Shown: positions 26,537-36,849, counted from the stretch's first letter. The stretch: DNA of 64,000 nt from Candidatus Saccharimonadota bacterium (GCA_029260855.1 JAJDCK010000011.1:11978-75977), one strand, 5' to 3'. Translations and numbers: made by a program. The notes: a model not told the origin generated them from the letters alone.

Positions 26537-27339
26537 AAGGCCGCTGGAATAATCTGATTTATGTGCTGGATTGAGGTTGCGCTGTGAGAGCTATTTGATG
26601 TGATTAGGGTGGCGTTGAACTGCAGAGGGCCGTCGGTTTCTAGCTGGTTACGGCTGGGGTGACCATCATACCAGCGTTTTGTAGTTACAGATAATTTAAC
26701 ACCAAGGCTGGAGTGCAACGTTCCGCACATACCGACATCTGTTATGTGCGCTGTACCTTTTGGCAAAATCATAGCGTCTGCGGTTGGGACATGCCAATGA
26801 TCTCCAATGACTGCAGTGACTCGTCCGTCCAAGTAATAGCCGATCATGCGTTTTTCGCTACTGAAGTCCCCGTGAAAATTTACAATCGTTGCGTCTCGCT
26901 GGACATCTTCATTCTCTAGCAGAATTTGATCAACGATTTTCAACGGATTATTCATAGGGTCTTCTGCTTTTTTACCAACAATACTGCCTCTTAAGCTAAT
27001 TACCAGTACGCTACCCGTAGCGGTTTCAATGTATTTCCACCCCAACCCTGGTGTGCCTTCAGGGTAATTAGCCGGCCGAATTACAGGCTGGCTAGGGTCG
27101 TCCAGATAGTCATAAATCTCTGGTAGGTGCATAGACCAGTCCCCCCCTGTGCAAAAATCCACGCCCAGCCTCAACAATCTGTCAAGGTCCGTCCTTGACA
27201 GACCCTTGCCGTTCGTGGTGTTTTCGGCTTGGGCAATCACTAGATCTGGCTTGTACTGTTTTCTCACTTCGGGCAATACGCAACTTACAGCCTCAATACC
27301 GGGCTCTCCCATTATGTCCCCTACGTAAAGAATGTTCAT
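26524..27339 (-). CDS. ymdB: YmdB-family metallophosphoesterase (2',3'-cyclic-nucleotide phosphodiesterase)
   Basis: MNILYVGDIMGEPG...VIAQAENTTNGKGL...NFHGDFSSEK...GDHWHVPTAD. It has the conserved position downstream of rny. Confidence 0.85.
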   Translation of the reverse strand: MNILYVGDIMGEPGIEAVSCVLPEVRKQYKPDLVIAQAENTTNGKGLSRTDLDRLLRLGVDFCTGGDWSMHLPEIYDYLDDPSQPVIRPANYPEGTPGLGWKYIETATGSVLVISLRGSIVGKKAEDPMNNPLKIVDQILLENEDVQRDATIVNFHGDFSSEKRMIGYYLDGRVTAVIGDHWHVPTADAMILPKGTAHITDVGMCGTLHSSLGVKLSVTTKRWYDGHPSRNQLETDGPLQFNATLITSNSSHSATSIQHINQIIPAALCSV

Positions 27340-27499
27340 AAGTTAATTGTAACTGACTATTTAGCTGACAAATAATGTTGGTTGTGCTGCAAGACAAGCG
27401 AGTGGCTCCGTTCGAACCTTGTCTGTAAGCGCTCTTCAAGGAATCGACTGTAAGCAATTTCTCGGCTGAAAAGCGCCTGTAACGATAAGACTACAAACT

Positions 27500-29014
27500 C
27501 TATTTGGCGAACTCTATCGCGCGGGTTTCGCGGATGACGTTAATCTTAATCGTACCTGGGTACTGCATGGTAGATTCAATCTTAGTCGCTACGTCACGAG
27601 CCAGTTTAATAGCACCTAAATCATCAATATCTGTCGGTTTAACAAAGATGCGAACCTCGCGACCCGCACTGATTGCGTAGGCTTTTTCAATCCCATTAAA
27701 TCCTAGTGCTACGTTTTCTAGGTCTTTCATGCGCTCTGCAAAGTTTTCTGCTGAGATATTGCGCGCACCAGGGCGGGCAGCGCTCATGGCGTCAACTACA
27801 CGTACTATGTGCGCTTCAGTTGTGTTGGCATCCACGTCATCATGATGAGCCTCAACAGCATGACAAATCTCTTCTGGTACACCGTATTTGCGCAGCATAT
27901 CGGCACCGATATGATGATGCTTGCCTTCTATTTTGTGCGTCAGGGCTTTGCCGATGTCGTGAACCAGCGTAGCATATTTGACAACCTTAACGTTTGACCC
28001 TAATTCCTCAGCAATAATCCCAGCCATGTGTGCCATTTCGGTACTGTGCTTAAGAACGTTCTGGCCATAAGATGTGCGAAACTTTAATTCACCAAGCAGC
28101 TGCAAGACTTCTTTGGGGATACCGATAATACCGACTTCACGGGCGGCGTCTTCGCCAGCGCGAACAACTTCTTTTTGCACTACAGCTTGTGCCTTCTCAA
28201 CGACTTCTTCAATACGTCCTGGGTGAACTCGACCGTCTTTAAGAAGCATTTCAAGCGCCTGGCGCGCTACCTCACGTCGAACAGGGTCAAAAGAACTCAG
28301 TATGATCATGCCTGGAGTGTCGTCAACCATAATGTCTACGCCAGTGGCGCGCTGTAGGGCCTGGATATTGCGACCCTCTTTGCCGATGATCCGACCCTTC
28401 ATTTCTTCGTCTTCTAGCTTGACAGCTGTGACGGTACGCTCAGCTGTCACCTCGCTGGCCATGCGCTCCATCGCCTCAACAATAATTACTGCGCCCTTTT
28501 CTTCGGCGGTTTCGCGGGCTTCATTCTCGAGCTTTGATATAAGCCCAAGGAGATCTTGGCGGATATCGCGTTCGGTCATCTGCATCAGCTTGCCTGCTGC
28601 ATCTTCCTTGGTCAGCTTTGCGATTTTTTCTAACTTATCCTGCTGTTTAGTACGGATAGAACGAATCTCATCTTTCAGCTGTTCTGATTCGGTTTCGCTG
28701 GAGCGCAGCTTTTCTGCACGCTTATCCAGATCATCTAGTTTTTTATCCAAAGATAACTCGCGGTCAAGAAGCCGCTGCTCAATCTCTTTAATCTCCTTAC
28801 GGCGAGAAGTCTCTTCCTGCCGTGCCTTGTCAGATAATTTTGCTGCTTCTTCGCGGGCTTCATCCAGAGCCTTTTCGCCCTCTTTTTTGGCCTTCTTCAG
28901 TTCTTTCTCTACAGCTTCTGCAGCTGAGCCTATCTTGTTTTTAGTAATGACATTATTGGCAGCAAAGCCAGCACCTACGCCGACCAATGCCAGCACAATG
29001 GTAATTGGATCCAT
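27500..29014 (-). CDS. rny: Ribonuclease Y
   Basis: N-terminal TM, coiled coil, KH domain (GRIIGKEGRNIQALQRATGVD) and HD domain (HSTEMAHMAG...LVHDIGK). I prefer the ATG at 29014 (AAGGA RBS) over the track start at 29056. Confidence 0.92.
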   Translation of the reverse strand: MDPITIVLALVGVGAGFAANNVITKNKIGSAAEAVEKELKKAKKEGEKALDEAREEAAKLSDKARQEETSRRKEIKEIEQRLLDRELSLDKKLDDLDKRAEKLRSSETESEQLKDEIRSIRTKQQDKLEKIAKLTKEDAAGKLMQMTERDIRQDLLGLISKLENEARETAEEKGAVIIVEAMERMASEVTAERTVTAVKLEDEEMKGRIIGKEGRNIQALQRATGVDIMVDDTPGMIILSSFDPVRREVARQALEMLLKDGRVHPGRIEEVVEKAQAVVQKEVVRAGEDAAREVGIIGIPKEVLQLLGELKFRTSYGQNVLKHSTEMAHMAGIIAEELGSNVKVVKYATLVHDIGKALTHKIEGKHHHIGADMLRKYGVPEEICHAVEAHHDDVDANTTEAHIVRVVDAMSAARPGARNISAENFAERMKDLENVALGFNGIEKAYAISAGREVRIFVKPTDIDDLGAIKLARDVATKIESTMQYPGTIKINVIRETRAIEFAK

Positions 29015-29210
29015 GATTGTTCCTTTCAGCCCACAGTAAGCCGACATCACTATCACTTCTTTAGCCGTACTTTACCGTAGAAAATCAAAAATTAAATTGT
29101 AAGAATTGTGGTACTTCATGTACCGACGGATTTTGCTCCCAAAAAGCTGCATAATCCTACGCCTAACTATACGCGGATTTAGTTATCTAGGTCAATCAAT
29201 ATGTCTGTTC

Positions 29211-30182
29211 CTAGTTATTCGCTGGCGTCGATGAGTTCTTCTGGATGGCGTAGACCACCAAGCGCTTGTTGTAGGAGTTGGATTTGGTATCATAGGCGCC
29301 CGTCTCCGTAACCAGATTCAGTCCTGGTACGCCAGGCACGGCTGTTGCCAGCATAGGCTCCAGAGGATCAACGTCCCTAAAGGCCTGGAGTTTTGCCACA
29401 TAATATATGTACGTTTTGCCATCACCAGTCTCCAACCTAATCTCATCGCCTGGCTTAAGCTCTGCTAAATCGTGGAAGATCCCGGGCTTACTCGGGCCAG
29501 ACGCGTGGCCAGTCAAAACAACTGCGCCCACCTCCCCCGGCTTGACACTACCTTCATACCAGCCTGCGTCGTATATATTTGATGGCAGCCTGATTTCTGT
29601 TTCGGTGCCGACACCTACTCTGCGAACTCGGGCTGAAAGGCCCATATCATCAATATGAAATATGCGAGGCAAATTACCAGCGACCTGGTAGCTTTGTATG
29701 TTGGTAGGGCGACGTTCAGTAATTTCATTACCGTTATCAATCATCGGCTCTATGCTCGCCCTGCTGTAGGACCGGTTTGCCTCCGCATGATTACCTGAAC
29801 GTAAACTACTAAACCCAGCGACAGAGATAAACAGTATTAAAGCCAAACAAATTACTGGTAAGTAGGCCTTTACTGGAACAAGCTTCGGAGATACCGGACC
29901 CAATAAGTGGCCGAGTTTAATGCCGAAGATATTATCGGGACCATTGGCTTCAGTGGGTAGCCTAGAAATACCAGACGACAGCCTAGCTGATCCTCGCACC
30001 AACGGTTCTAAGGGCTCGCCCTGCTTTGTCGCTAGATGTTTTGCAGAGCGCTCGCTTATACCTTCAATACTGCGCGCTTGTATGCGTGGAACCGGCCGCC
30101 GATAGTAAGGTAGCTGCTTACCGCCAGGCAGATGCTGTGTGTTATTGAATAACCTATTGGTGATTGGCCGTTTTGGCGCCAT
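29211..30182 (-). CDS. Sortase-fold protein with the catalytic Cys replaced by Glu
   Basis: PGEVGAVVLTGHAS...F..L..LKPGDEI...YIYYV...LNLVTETGAYD...NKRLVVYA is collinear with sortase His / TLxTC / Arg motifs. The TLxTC position reads LVTET (GAG codon). Confidence 0.65.
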   Translation of the reverse strand: MAPKRPITNRLFNNTQHLPGGKQLPYYRRPVPRIQARSIEGISERSAKHLATKQGEPLEPLVRGSARLSSGISRLPTEANGPDNIFGIKLGHLLGPVSPKLVPVKAYLPVICLALILFISVAGFSSLRSGNHAEANRSYSRASIEPMIDNGNEITERRPTNIQSYQVAGNLPRIFHIDDMGLSARVRRVGVGTETEIRLPSNIYDAGWYEGSVKPGEVGAVVLTGHASGPSKPGIFHDLAELKPGDEIRLETGDGKTYIYYVAKLQAFRDVDPLEPMLATAVPGVPGLNLVTETGAYDTKSNSYNKRLVVYAIQKNSSTPANN

Positions 30183-30251
30183 AGTTTACTAACTTTTTTG
30201 GGTTTTAGTTTCCTGTTTATGACTATAGTCGTGTGTGCTCTTATGTCAAGG

Positions 30252-30644
30252 TTAGCGCTTGGGCAGAGTGATATGGGCGTCCGCCCCATAATCAGGAGTA
30301 ATTTGCTTGTGGTTTTTACCCGCAAGCAGCATTTTGATTCCCATAGATCCCCAACCCTCGCTTGACGTCCCCACAATCGGAACACCCAGACTGTCTGCCA
30401 TAGAGTTGGCTGTGGCAATGCCGATTCTTAGACCGGTGAAGCTCCCTGGACCCTTATAAACTACTATACCCTGCACATTCGCAAAGGTTTTGGATTTCGC
30501 TTTTAGAATTGTGGCGATTTGCATGTGGATAGTCTCAGCAAGTTTGCGGTGGGCCAGCCAATCAAACCCGTCCAGCAAAGCTTCGTCCTCGTATAGACCA
30601 AGTTCGGCTTCTGGCTTATCTGTTCGTAATGTCAGTATTAGCAT
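30252..30644 (-). CDS. tsaB: tRNA t6A biosynthesis protein TsaB (short form)
   Basis: IVVYKGPGSFTGLRIGIATANSMADSLGVPIVG. It is only 130 aa. Confidence 0.75.
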   Translation of the reverse strand: MLILTLRTDKPEAELGLYEDEALLDGFDWLAHRKLAETIHMQIATILKAKSKTFANVQGIVVYKGPGSFTGLRIGIATANSMADSLGVPIVGTSSEGWGSMGIKMLLAGKNHKQITPDYGADAHITLPKR

Positions 30645-31102
30645 ATATCCGCCACCAGGTATGATAATTTATCGGGAAGCGACACCGTTAAATGACGCTC
30701 CGTTTCACCGCTAGGCCTGAGCGTTATGGTGACACGTTCGTCCGGCAAGGCATCACTAACAACTCCACCCCATTCTACAATGGTAATTATATTGGCCTGG
30801 CCGATGATTTCCACCAACTCGTCGGCGACAATACCAGCCTCGCCAAGCCTGTAAAAATCAAAGTGGTAGAGCTCAAGACCGTCAGCCCTATATACGTTAC
30901 TGAGCTTGAAGGTTGGGGACGAAACGTGGTCTGTGCTGCCAAAACCGCGGACTAGGCCACGAACAAATGTCGTTTTGCCGCCGCCCAGGTCGCTGACCAG
31001 CTCGAGCACCTCCCCGCCACGTAGGCGCTTGCCAAGTTGCTCAGCGATCTGCTCAGTTTGTTCGGCACTATTTGTAGTAATCTCTGCAGTGGCTAGGTTC
31101 AT
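30638..31102 (-). CDS. tsaE: tRNA t6A biosynthesis ATPase TsaE
   Basis: Walker A is LVSDLGGGKTTFVRGL, followed by SPTF and HFDFYRL. Confidence 0.85.
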   Translation of the reverse strand: MNLATAEITTNSAEQTEQIAEQLGKRLRGGEVLELVSDLGGGKTTFVRGLVRGFGSTDHVSSPTFKLSNVYRADGLELYHFDFYRLGEAGIVADELVEIIGQANIITIVEWGGVVSDALPDERVTITLRPSGETERHLTVSLPDKLSYLVADIC

Positions 31103-31104
31103 GA

Positions 31105-31653
31105 TTGAAGTATACTAGAATAGTCATGCTACAACTCAGTACAACATTTATAGATAAACCCATTATGAGCTTGCGGACCGGTGCAAAAGTAGCAACGGTT
31201 GTTAGCCCATTAATTAATCCTAACAACCTCAAAATTGAGGCATTTTACTGTCAAGATACACGTAGTCGGCAACAGCTAGTTCTGTTAACACAAGATATTC
31301 GCGATATTATCAGTCAAGGCTTAGTGATCAATGACCACGACGTGCTTTCTGAGCCTGAGGACCTTGTGCGACTTAGAAAAGTAATGGAAATTGACCTGCA
31401 GATTATGGGGATGTCTGTTGTGACAGTTAATAAGCGCAAGATTGGAAAAATTAATGACTACGCTGTTGATACTCTGACACTTTATATACAAAAACTTTAC
31501 GTTGCTCAACCCTTGATGAAATCATTAAGTGGCGGCCAGCTTAGTGTTGACCGAAATCAAATAGTCGAGATCACTAGCCGTAAGATTGTTGTTCAAGAGC
31601 CCTTGCAGCCAACCAAGGCTCGTATACAAGCCACCGCTCCCGCCACTTCCTAG
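31105..31653 (+). CDS. PRC-barrel-like domain protein (two repeats)
   Basis: KPIMSLRTGAKVATVVSPLINPNNLKIEAFYC and MSVVTVNKRKIGKINDYAVD resemble PRC-barrel strands. The assignment is tentative. Confidence 0.45.
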   Translation: MKYTRIVMLQLSTTFIDKPIMSLRTGAKVATVVSPLINPNNLKIEAFYCQDTRSRQQLVLLTQDIRDIISQGLVINDHDVLSEPEDLVRLRKVMEIDLQIMGMSVVTVNKRKIGKINDYAVDTLTLYIQKLYVAQPLMKSLSGGQLSVDRNQIVEITSRKIVVQEPLQPTKARIQATAPATS

Positions 31654-31657
31654 TGAG

Positions 31658-32263
31658 CTAATATTTGTCTTCGGCCAAAGTCGCTTTAATGTCATCGTAG
31701 CTAAAGCCTTGGCGAGCAAGGTATTGCATGAGTTTTAGGTTGTCCTTATATTTGACTTGTTTACGTTTTCGTTCAATCAGCTCGGCTAACACTGCACGCT
31801 CATCCGTCTCATCATTGCTGAGAGCTTGATCAATAATTTCATCAGAAACACGTTTTTGCCTAAGTTCCTGGGTTAGGCGCCTTTTGCTTGTAGGTTTAAG
31901 AAGCCTTCTGTTATTAATCCAGCGTTTTGCAAAATCCAGATCATCAACGTATCCTAACTCACTTAACGCGTTAAGTGTCTGTTCAATAACTTCTGATTCA
32001 AACTCTTTTCGCTTCAGATAATCTTCTAGCTCCCATCTGCTTCGGGGCCGTCTAGCTAATTGGTCAAAGGCTTTAGTACGGGCCTTGTCAAGCACTGCGT
32101 CATTTTTGAGTTGCGCCATCTCTTCTGGCGTTATTTCTTGATGTACACGCAGCCCAATCCTCAGTAGCGTAGACTCTGAAAACGAACATACATACCTTGA
32201 GTCAATAAATATAGAGTAACGATCCGGTCGCTTAACTTGCTGCTTGATCGCGGATATTTTCAT
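31658..32263 (-). CDS. recX: RecX regulatory protein
   Basis: Three-helix repeat pattern (ARRPRSRWELEDYLKRK...LGYVDDLDFAKRW...), located downstream of recA. Confidence 0.8.
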   Translation of the reverse strand: MKISAIKQQVKRPDRYSIFIDSRYVCSFSESTLLRIGLRVHQEITPEEMAQLKNDAVLDKARTKAFDQLARRPRSRWELEDYLKRKEFESEVIEQTLNALSELGYVDDLDFAKRWINNRRLLKPTSKRRLTQELRQKRVSDEIIDQALSNDETDERAVLAELIERKRKQVKYKDNLKLMQYLARQGFSYDDIKATLAEDKY

Positions 32264-32266
32264 CCA

Positions 32267-32728
32267 TCACGGCCAAAGGTTGATTAAAATGACGCTCACT
32301 ACTAGTAAATACGCAATCTCAATATATATACCAGAAGGTCGTTCTTGGCTTTGAATGCGTTCATGGAAATCATTAAAAGCATTGTGCGGCTTGTCCTCGC
32401 TCATCTCTAACTGGCGGTTGACTATGAACTGGTAAACCCACGCTAAATCAGGTGAAAAAGCCACAAACCCAGCAATGTAAAACAAAGTTGGTGCGCCCTG
32501 GACTATAAACAGAATAAGTAGCAGGACGATAAGGGCGACATCAGCAGTAATTACGCCATGAATTAATCGCTTTTGTTTCCGCCTCGCTTTGTCCCAGTTT
32601 TGGAATCCAAAATGCGGCATAGAATCAAGAACAAGATGTGATGCAAACGCCAACGGCAAAACTAGAACTGGCTGGTGCACAAACCCGGCAATCACGGCAC
32701 CTGTAACCATATGGTTTATGCCTGTCAT
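32267..32728 (-). CDS. DUF457/YdjM-like membrane-bound metal-dependent hydrolase
   Basis: GINHMVTGAVIAG...FASHLVLDSMPH, with 4 TM segments. It sits between recA and recX. Confidence 0.5.
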   Translation of the reverse strand: MTGINHMVTGAVIAGFVHQPVLVLPLAFASHLVLDSMPHFGFQNWDKARRKQKRLIHGVITADVALIVLLLILFIVQGAPTLFYIAGFVAFSPDLAWVYQFIVNRQLEMSEDKPHNAFNDFHERIQSQERPSGIYIEIAYLLVVSVILINLWP

Positions 32729-32731
32729 TTC

Positions 32732-33760
32732 CTATATATCCGCTAGCTTGTCAGCGGAGTCCATGACTTTTTTGGCCAATTCGTCCATGACTTTAGGGTT
32801 TTTCTGCAAATACTCTTTGGCTGCCTCTCGCCCTTGACCAATTTTGTCTCCCTTGTAGCTAAACCAAGCACCTGATTTCTCCACAACATCCTGCTTGGTC
32901 GCAAGATCTAATATATCGCCAGCCCTACTGATACCTTCGTTATACATAATATCAAACTCAGCTTCGCGGAATGGCGGGGCAATCTTGTTTTTGACCACCT
33001 TGACGCGGGTGCGATTGCCAACAACCTCATCTCCATTTTTGATTTGCCCGATACGCCGTATATCCATCCTTAAACTAGCATAGAACTTCAACGCATTTCC
33101 ACCTGTAGTGGTTTCGGGGTTACCAAACATGACACCGATTTTCATGCGTATTTGGTTGATGAATATAACAGTGGTGTTGCTCCGTGATATAACCCCCGTC
33201 AGTTTTCGTAAGGCTTGGCTCATCAGGCGCGCCTGAAGCCCCATGTGGCTATCGCCCATCTCACCTTCAATTTCAGCCCTTGGTACCAGCGCAGCAACAG
33301 AATCCACTACTATAAGATCGACCGCACTACTTCGGACGAGTGTTTCGGTAATTTCTAGGGCCTGTTCACCGTTATCCGGCTGACTCAACAACAGGTTGTT
33401 TACGTCTACACCAATACGTTTTGCGTAAGAAGGGTCCAAAGCGTGCTCGGCATCGATAAAAGCCGCCGTCCCACCGCGCTTTTGGACTTCTGCGATCGCA
33501 TGCAGGGTTAGGGTGGTCTTGCCTGAACTCTCGGGCCCATAAACTTCAATGATACGACCCTTTGGGATGCCACCGCCAAGGGCTAAGTCCAGGGATACGC
33601 TGCCAGTCGGCGTACACTCAACCGCACCTTGCTGGCTGGTGCCTAGTTTCATAATCGAGCCCTTGCCAAACTGCTTTTCGATTTGTTCTAATGCCAAGAT
33701 TAACGCCTTACCCTTGCCGTCGTTGCCACCACTACTGTCACTACTGTCTTTCGCAGTCAT
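32732..33760 (-). CDS. recA: Recombinase A
   Basis: [24 protein letters not shown], and the L1/L2 loop regions. Confidence 0.97.
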   Translation of the reverse strand: MTAKDSSDSSGGNDGKGKALILALEQIEKQFGKGSIMKLGTSQQGAVECTPTGSVSLDLALGGGIPKGRIIEVYGPESSGKTTLTLHAIAEVQKRGGTAAFIDAEHALDPSYAKRIGVDVNNLLLSQPDNGEQALEITETLVRSSAVDLIVVDSVAALVPRAEIEGEMGDSHMGLQARLMSQALRKLTGVISRSNTTVIFINQIRMKIGVMFGNPETTTGGNALKFYASLRMDIRRIGQIKNGDEVVGNRTRVKVVKNKIAPPFREAEFDIMYNEGISRAGDILDLATKQDVVEKSGAWFSYKGDKIGQGREAAKEYLQKNPKVMDELAKKVMDSADKLADI

Positions 33761-33872
33761 TCTACCCTCCTATAGTTGTGGCATTAGTATAGCTCGTCGC
33801 AAGGTATCATGACAATGAGTATCTGGCTATAGTTTTTATGCTTGTAAGTAGCTATAATCTGTACTAAGTATT

Positions 33873-35627
33873 ATGCGAGTTTCTGATGCCTTTGTTGAGC
33901 AACTATTAAAAAAATCCGGCAAGGTCAATGACCAACAGCTGGCGGATTTACGTGAGCAAGAAAAAAATGAGAAGAAACCCCTACAAGACCTAGCGGTCGC
34001 ATCCAACCTAATCTCTGAAGCCGAGCTCACAAAGGCATACGCAGAAGAGATTGACGTACCTTTCGTTGAGATAGACACAAAGGCATTGTCAAAGGAACTT
34101 CTACACTTGGTCCCCGAACGTATAGCCAGACAGTACCGCGCTATTTTGTACGGAATCGATAAGGGCGGCAACAAACAACTGGCAATGGCCGACCCCGATG
34201 ACGTCCAAGCAATCAGCTTCTTACAAAAGCAGCTAGGCTCGGGCTTAAGAATTTACGTTGCTACACAGTCAAATATCTTGGCGGCACTTGACCAGTACCG
34301 CGGCAACATCGGTACAGAAATTAGTAAAGTAGCTTCGGAGAGCGACAGTGATAGCGAAGGAGACGAAGAGGTTAGTGAAGAGGACCTCGCCGAGGACTCG
34401 CCCATCGCCCAGACAGTCAACCTAATCATTGAATATGCGGTTAATTCTGGTGCAAGTGATATACACATTGAACCCCGTGAAAAGTTCGTACAGATTCGCT
34501 ACCGCGTAGACGGTGTTCTGCGCGAAGCCAACAAGCTCCCTAAAAGGACTCTGGCAGCGATGGTCTCTCGCATAAAGATTCTGTCTGGTCTGAAGATTGA
34601 CGAACGGCGGGTGCCGCAGGATGGTCGCTTCAAGCTCAACATGAATGGCCGAATATTTGCCTTTCGCGTCTCAACCCTCCCCGTAACTGAAGGCGAAAAG
34701 GTCGTCATGCGTGTACTAGACGAATCCAGTGACCCGTTGACGCTAGAAAAACTCGGCTTCTGGGGGCTTGCTCTAGAAAATATTCAGTCAGCAATCAAGC
34801 AGCCACACGGTATGGTTTTAGTAACCGGACCTACGGGTTCAGGTAAGTCCACCACGCTTCACAGTGTGCTTAATATTCTAAACCGACCGGATGTCAATAT
34901 TTCTACAGTTGAAGACCCGGTTGAGTACCGGCTAGAAGGCGTTAACCAGACTCAGACCAATAATACTGCTGGTATGACCTTTGTTAACGGGCTGCGGGCC
35001 CTACTTAGGCAGGACCCTAATGTGATCATGGTCGGGGAGATCCGCGACGGCGAGACAGCCGGACTAGCTGTACAGGCTGCCCTAACAGGGCACCTGGTGT
35101 TTTCAACTTTGCACACCAACAATGCCGCCACCTGCCTTCCTCGACTCCTTGATATGAGTATAGAGCCGTTTCTTATAGCTTCAACGGTGAGAGTTGTAAT
35201 CGGACAAAGGCTAGTCAGGCGCCTGGTCCCTGAGGAGTGTGAACAATACACACCGGACGATAAAGAACGCAAAGAAATTGAACGAGCTTTTGCCGTTAAG
35301 TCAAACGAAGACTGGAAGCGGATACTTGACCTTGCTGCTGAAGCCCAGACCACATTTGACAGGCCAAAAAGCAATAAGCTTACCTTCTGGCGACCCAAAA
35401 AAGATCTAAGCGAAGGACACACCGGTTACAGAGGACGAATGGGGATTTATGAGGTCCTTAGCGTGTCGACGGAAATACAAAAGATGATAGTAACAAATGC
35501 CACCAGCGAGCAGATCCAGGATGCAGCAGTTAAAGAAGGTATGGCTACCATGCAGCTTGACGGGCTGATCAAGGCCATGCTTGGTATGACTTCAATAGAA
35601 GAAATATTAAGAGTAACGAGGGAGTAG
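33873..35627 (+). CDS. pilB: Type IV pilus assembly ATPase (GspE/PilB family)
   Basis: T2SSE N-terminal domain, Walker A VTGPTGSGKSTTL, Asp/His boxes, and GEIRD. Confidence 0.92.
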   Translation: MRVSDAFVEQLLKKSGKVNDQQLADLREQEKNEKKPLQDLAVASNLISEAELTKAYAEEIDVPFVEIDTKALSKELLHLVPERIARQYRAILYGIDKGGNKQLAMADPDDVQAISFLQKQLGSGLRIYVATQSNILAALDQYRGNIGTEISKVASESDSDSEGDEEVSEEDLAEDSPIAQTVNLIIEYAVNSGASDIHIEPREKFVQIRYRVDGVLREANKLPKRTLAAMVSRIKILSGLKIDERRVPQDGRFKLNMNGRIFAFRVSTLPVTEGEKVVMRVLDESSDPLTLEKLGFWGLALENIQSAIKQPHGMVLVTGPTGSGKSTTLHSVLNILNRPDVNISTVEDPVEYRLEGVNQTQTNNTAGMTFVNGLRALLRQDPNVIMVGEIRDGETAGLAVQAALTGHLVFSTLHTNNAATCLPRLLDMSIEPFLIASTVRVVIGQRLVRRLVPEECEQYTPDDKERKEIERAFAVKSNEDWKRILDLAAEAQTTFDRPKSNKLTFWRPKKDLSEGHTGYRGRMGIYEVLSVSTEIQKMIVTNATSEQIQDAAVKEGMATMQLDGLIKAMLGMTSIEEILRVTRE

Positions 35628-35628
35628 G

Positions 35629-36849
35629 ATGCCGACATTTAACTACACCGCAATCGACAAAACAGGCAAACGTGTAGCAGGCACGACTGAGGCAGCGAGC
35701 GCCGCTGTTGCAACCGCCAACCTTAAGTTACGCGAGCTAAGGCCAGTTGAAGTCAAGCCAGCAAACGGTAGCCTGATGAGTAAGATACCGTTTGGGCCAG
35801 GAAAACAAAAAGTTAAGTCTAAAGACCTCGTTGTTTTTACCCGGCAACTTGCAACTATGATCAACGCTGGCGTGCCCCTGGTAAGATCCCTGGCAACCCT
35901 TCAGGCTCAAACTGAGAATCCGAACCTCAAGCACCACATCGTAGATGTTACAAAAGAGGTCGAGGGCGGGGCAACTTTCGCTGATGCACTGGAAAAACAT
36001 TCTGCGGTATTTTCGCCAATTTACATAAACATGGTCCGGGCCGGGGAAGCCGGAGGTATCCTGGATGAAATCCTAAAGAAACTGGCCACACAACAAGAAA
36101 AGGATGAGAAGATCAAGGGCAAGTTCAAGAGCGCCATGACCTATCCTGTAATTTTGCTGAGTATTACTACGCTGGTCTTTTTGGCGTTGATGGTCATTGT
36201 TATGCCAAAGATCGGCAAGATTATCCAAGACCTAGCTGGTCCGGAAGCTCAACTTCCACCCTTAACCCAGGTCATGCTTGGTATAAGTGGCTTCATGGTG
36301 AGCAGATGGTATGTGTTGGTTGGTGGCGGCTTTATTATTGCCTTCTTTTTGGCCAGATCGCTTCGCACGCCGGCGGGTCGCCGAAAAAGAGACCAGCTAT
36401 TACTTAAACTGCCGGTAGTAAAAACAATTGTTATTAAAGTTGCGGTTGCCCGATTCGCTCGTATCTTTGCCTCTTTAATGAGCGCTGGTGTCGCTGTTAT
36501 TGACTCAATTGAGGTGACAGCCAAGGCTGTCGGCAATAGCGTTATTGAAGAAGAGCTTAAATCTGCCTCAAAGACTGTTGCAAACGGAAAACAATTATCT
36601 ATTCCGATCACTGAGAGTAAGGTGTTCCCGCCTATTGTGGGACAGATGCTATCCGTGGGCGAAGAAACAGGCAAAACAGATGAGATCCTAGTCAAGGTAG
36701 CCGAGTTTTACGAAGAAGAGGTGGACGCCGTTGTAGATAGCCTAAGCTCAATCCTGGAGCCGATTATGATTGTAGTCATGGGTACAATGGTGGGCCTAAT
36801 TGCAGCTAGCGTGATCGGACCGATAAGCAATCTTTCCAACCAGATTTAA
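35629..36849 (+). CDS. pilC: Type IV pilus platform protein (GspF/PilC family)
   Basis: Duplicated T2SSF domains (FTRQLATMINAGVPL / FARIFASLMSAGVAV). Confidence 0.9.
   Translation: MPTFNYTAIDKTGKRVAGTTEAASAAVATANLKLRELRPVEVKPANGSLMSKIPFGPGKQKVKSKDLVVFTRQLATMINAGVPLVRSLATLQAQTENPNLKHHIVDVTKEVEGGATFADALEKHSAVFSPIYINMVRAGEAGGILDEILKKLATQQEKDEKIKGKFKSAMTYPVILLSITTLVFLALMVIVMPKIGKIIQDLAGPEAQLPPLTQVMLGISGFMVSRWYVLVGGGFIIAFFLARSLRTPAGRRKRDQLLLKLPVVKTIVIKVAVARFARIFASLMSAGVAVIDSIEVTAKAVGNSVIEEELKSASKTVANGKQLSIPITESKVFPPIVGQMLSVGEETGKTDEILVKVAEFYEEEVDAVVDSLSSILEPIMIVVMGTMVGLIAASVIGPISNLSNQI

Noticed and set aside
18483-26552. Many long ORFs antisense to, or frame-shifted within, the Gly/Ser/Pro-rich genes (e.g. 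18483-18746 +, 21016-21285 -, 24144-24392 -, 24637-25035 -, 25420-25665 +, 26136-26552 +, 26098-26364 -).
   Set aside because: They are mirror or alternate frames of GGN/AGC/CCN-rich low-complexity coding sequence, giving Pro/Leu/Ala-rich nonsense with no starts or RBS context. The minus-strand genes with leader + TM + domains explain the region.
27340-27499. A tRNA-like GTTCGAA motif (GGCTCCGTTCGAACC) in the rny-ymdB spacer.
   Set aside because: No acceptor, D or anticodon arms can be drawn. Only a 6-bp GACAAG/CTTGTC stem surrounds it.
28302-29039. A 245-aa plus-strand ORF opposite rny.
   Set aside because: It is an extremely Ser-rich antisense frame of the Glu/Lys-rich coiled coil of RNase Y.
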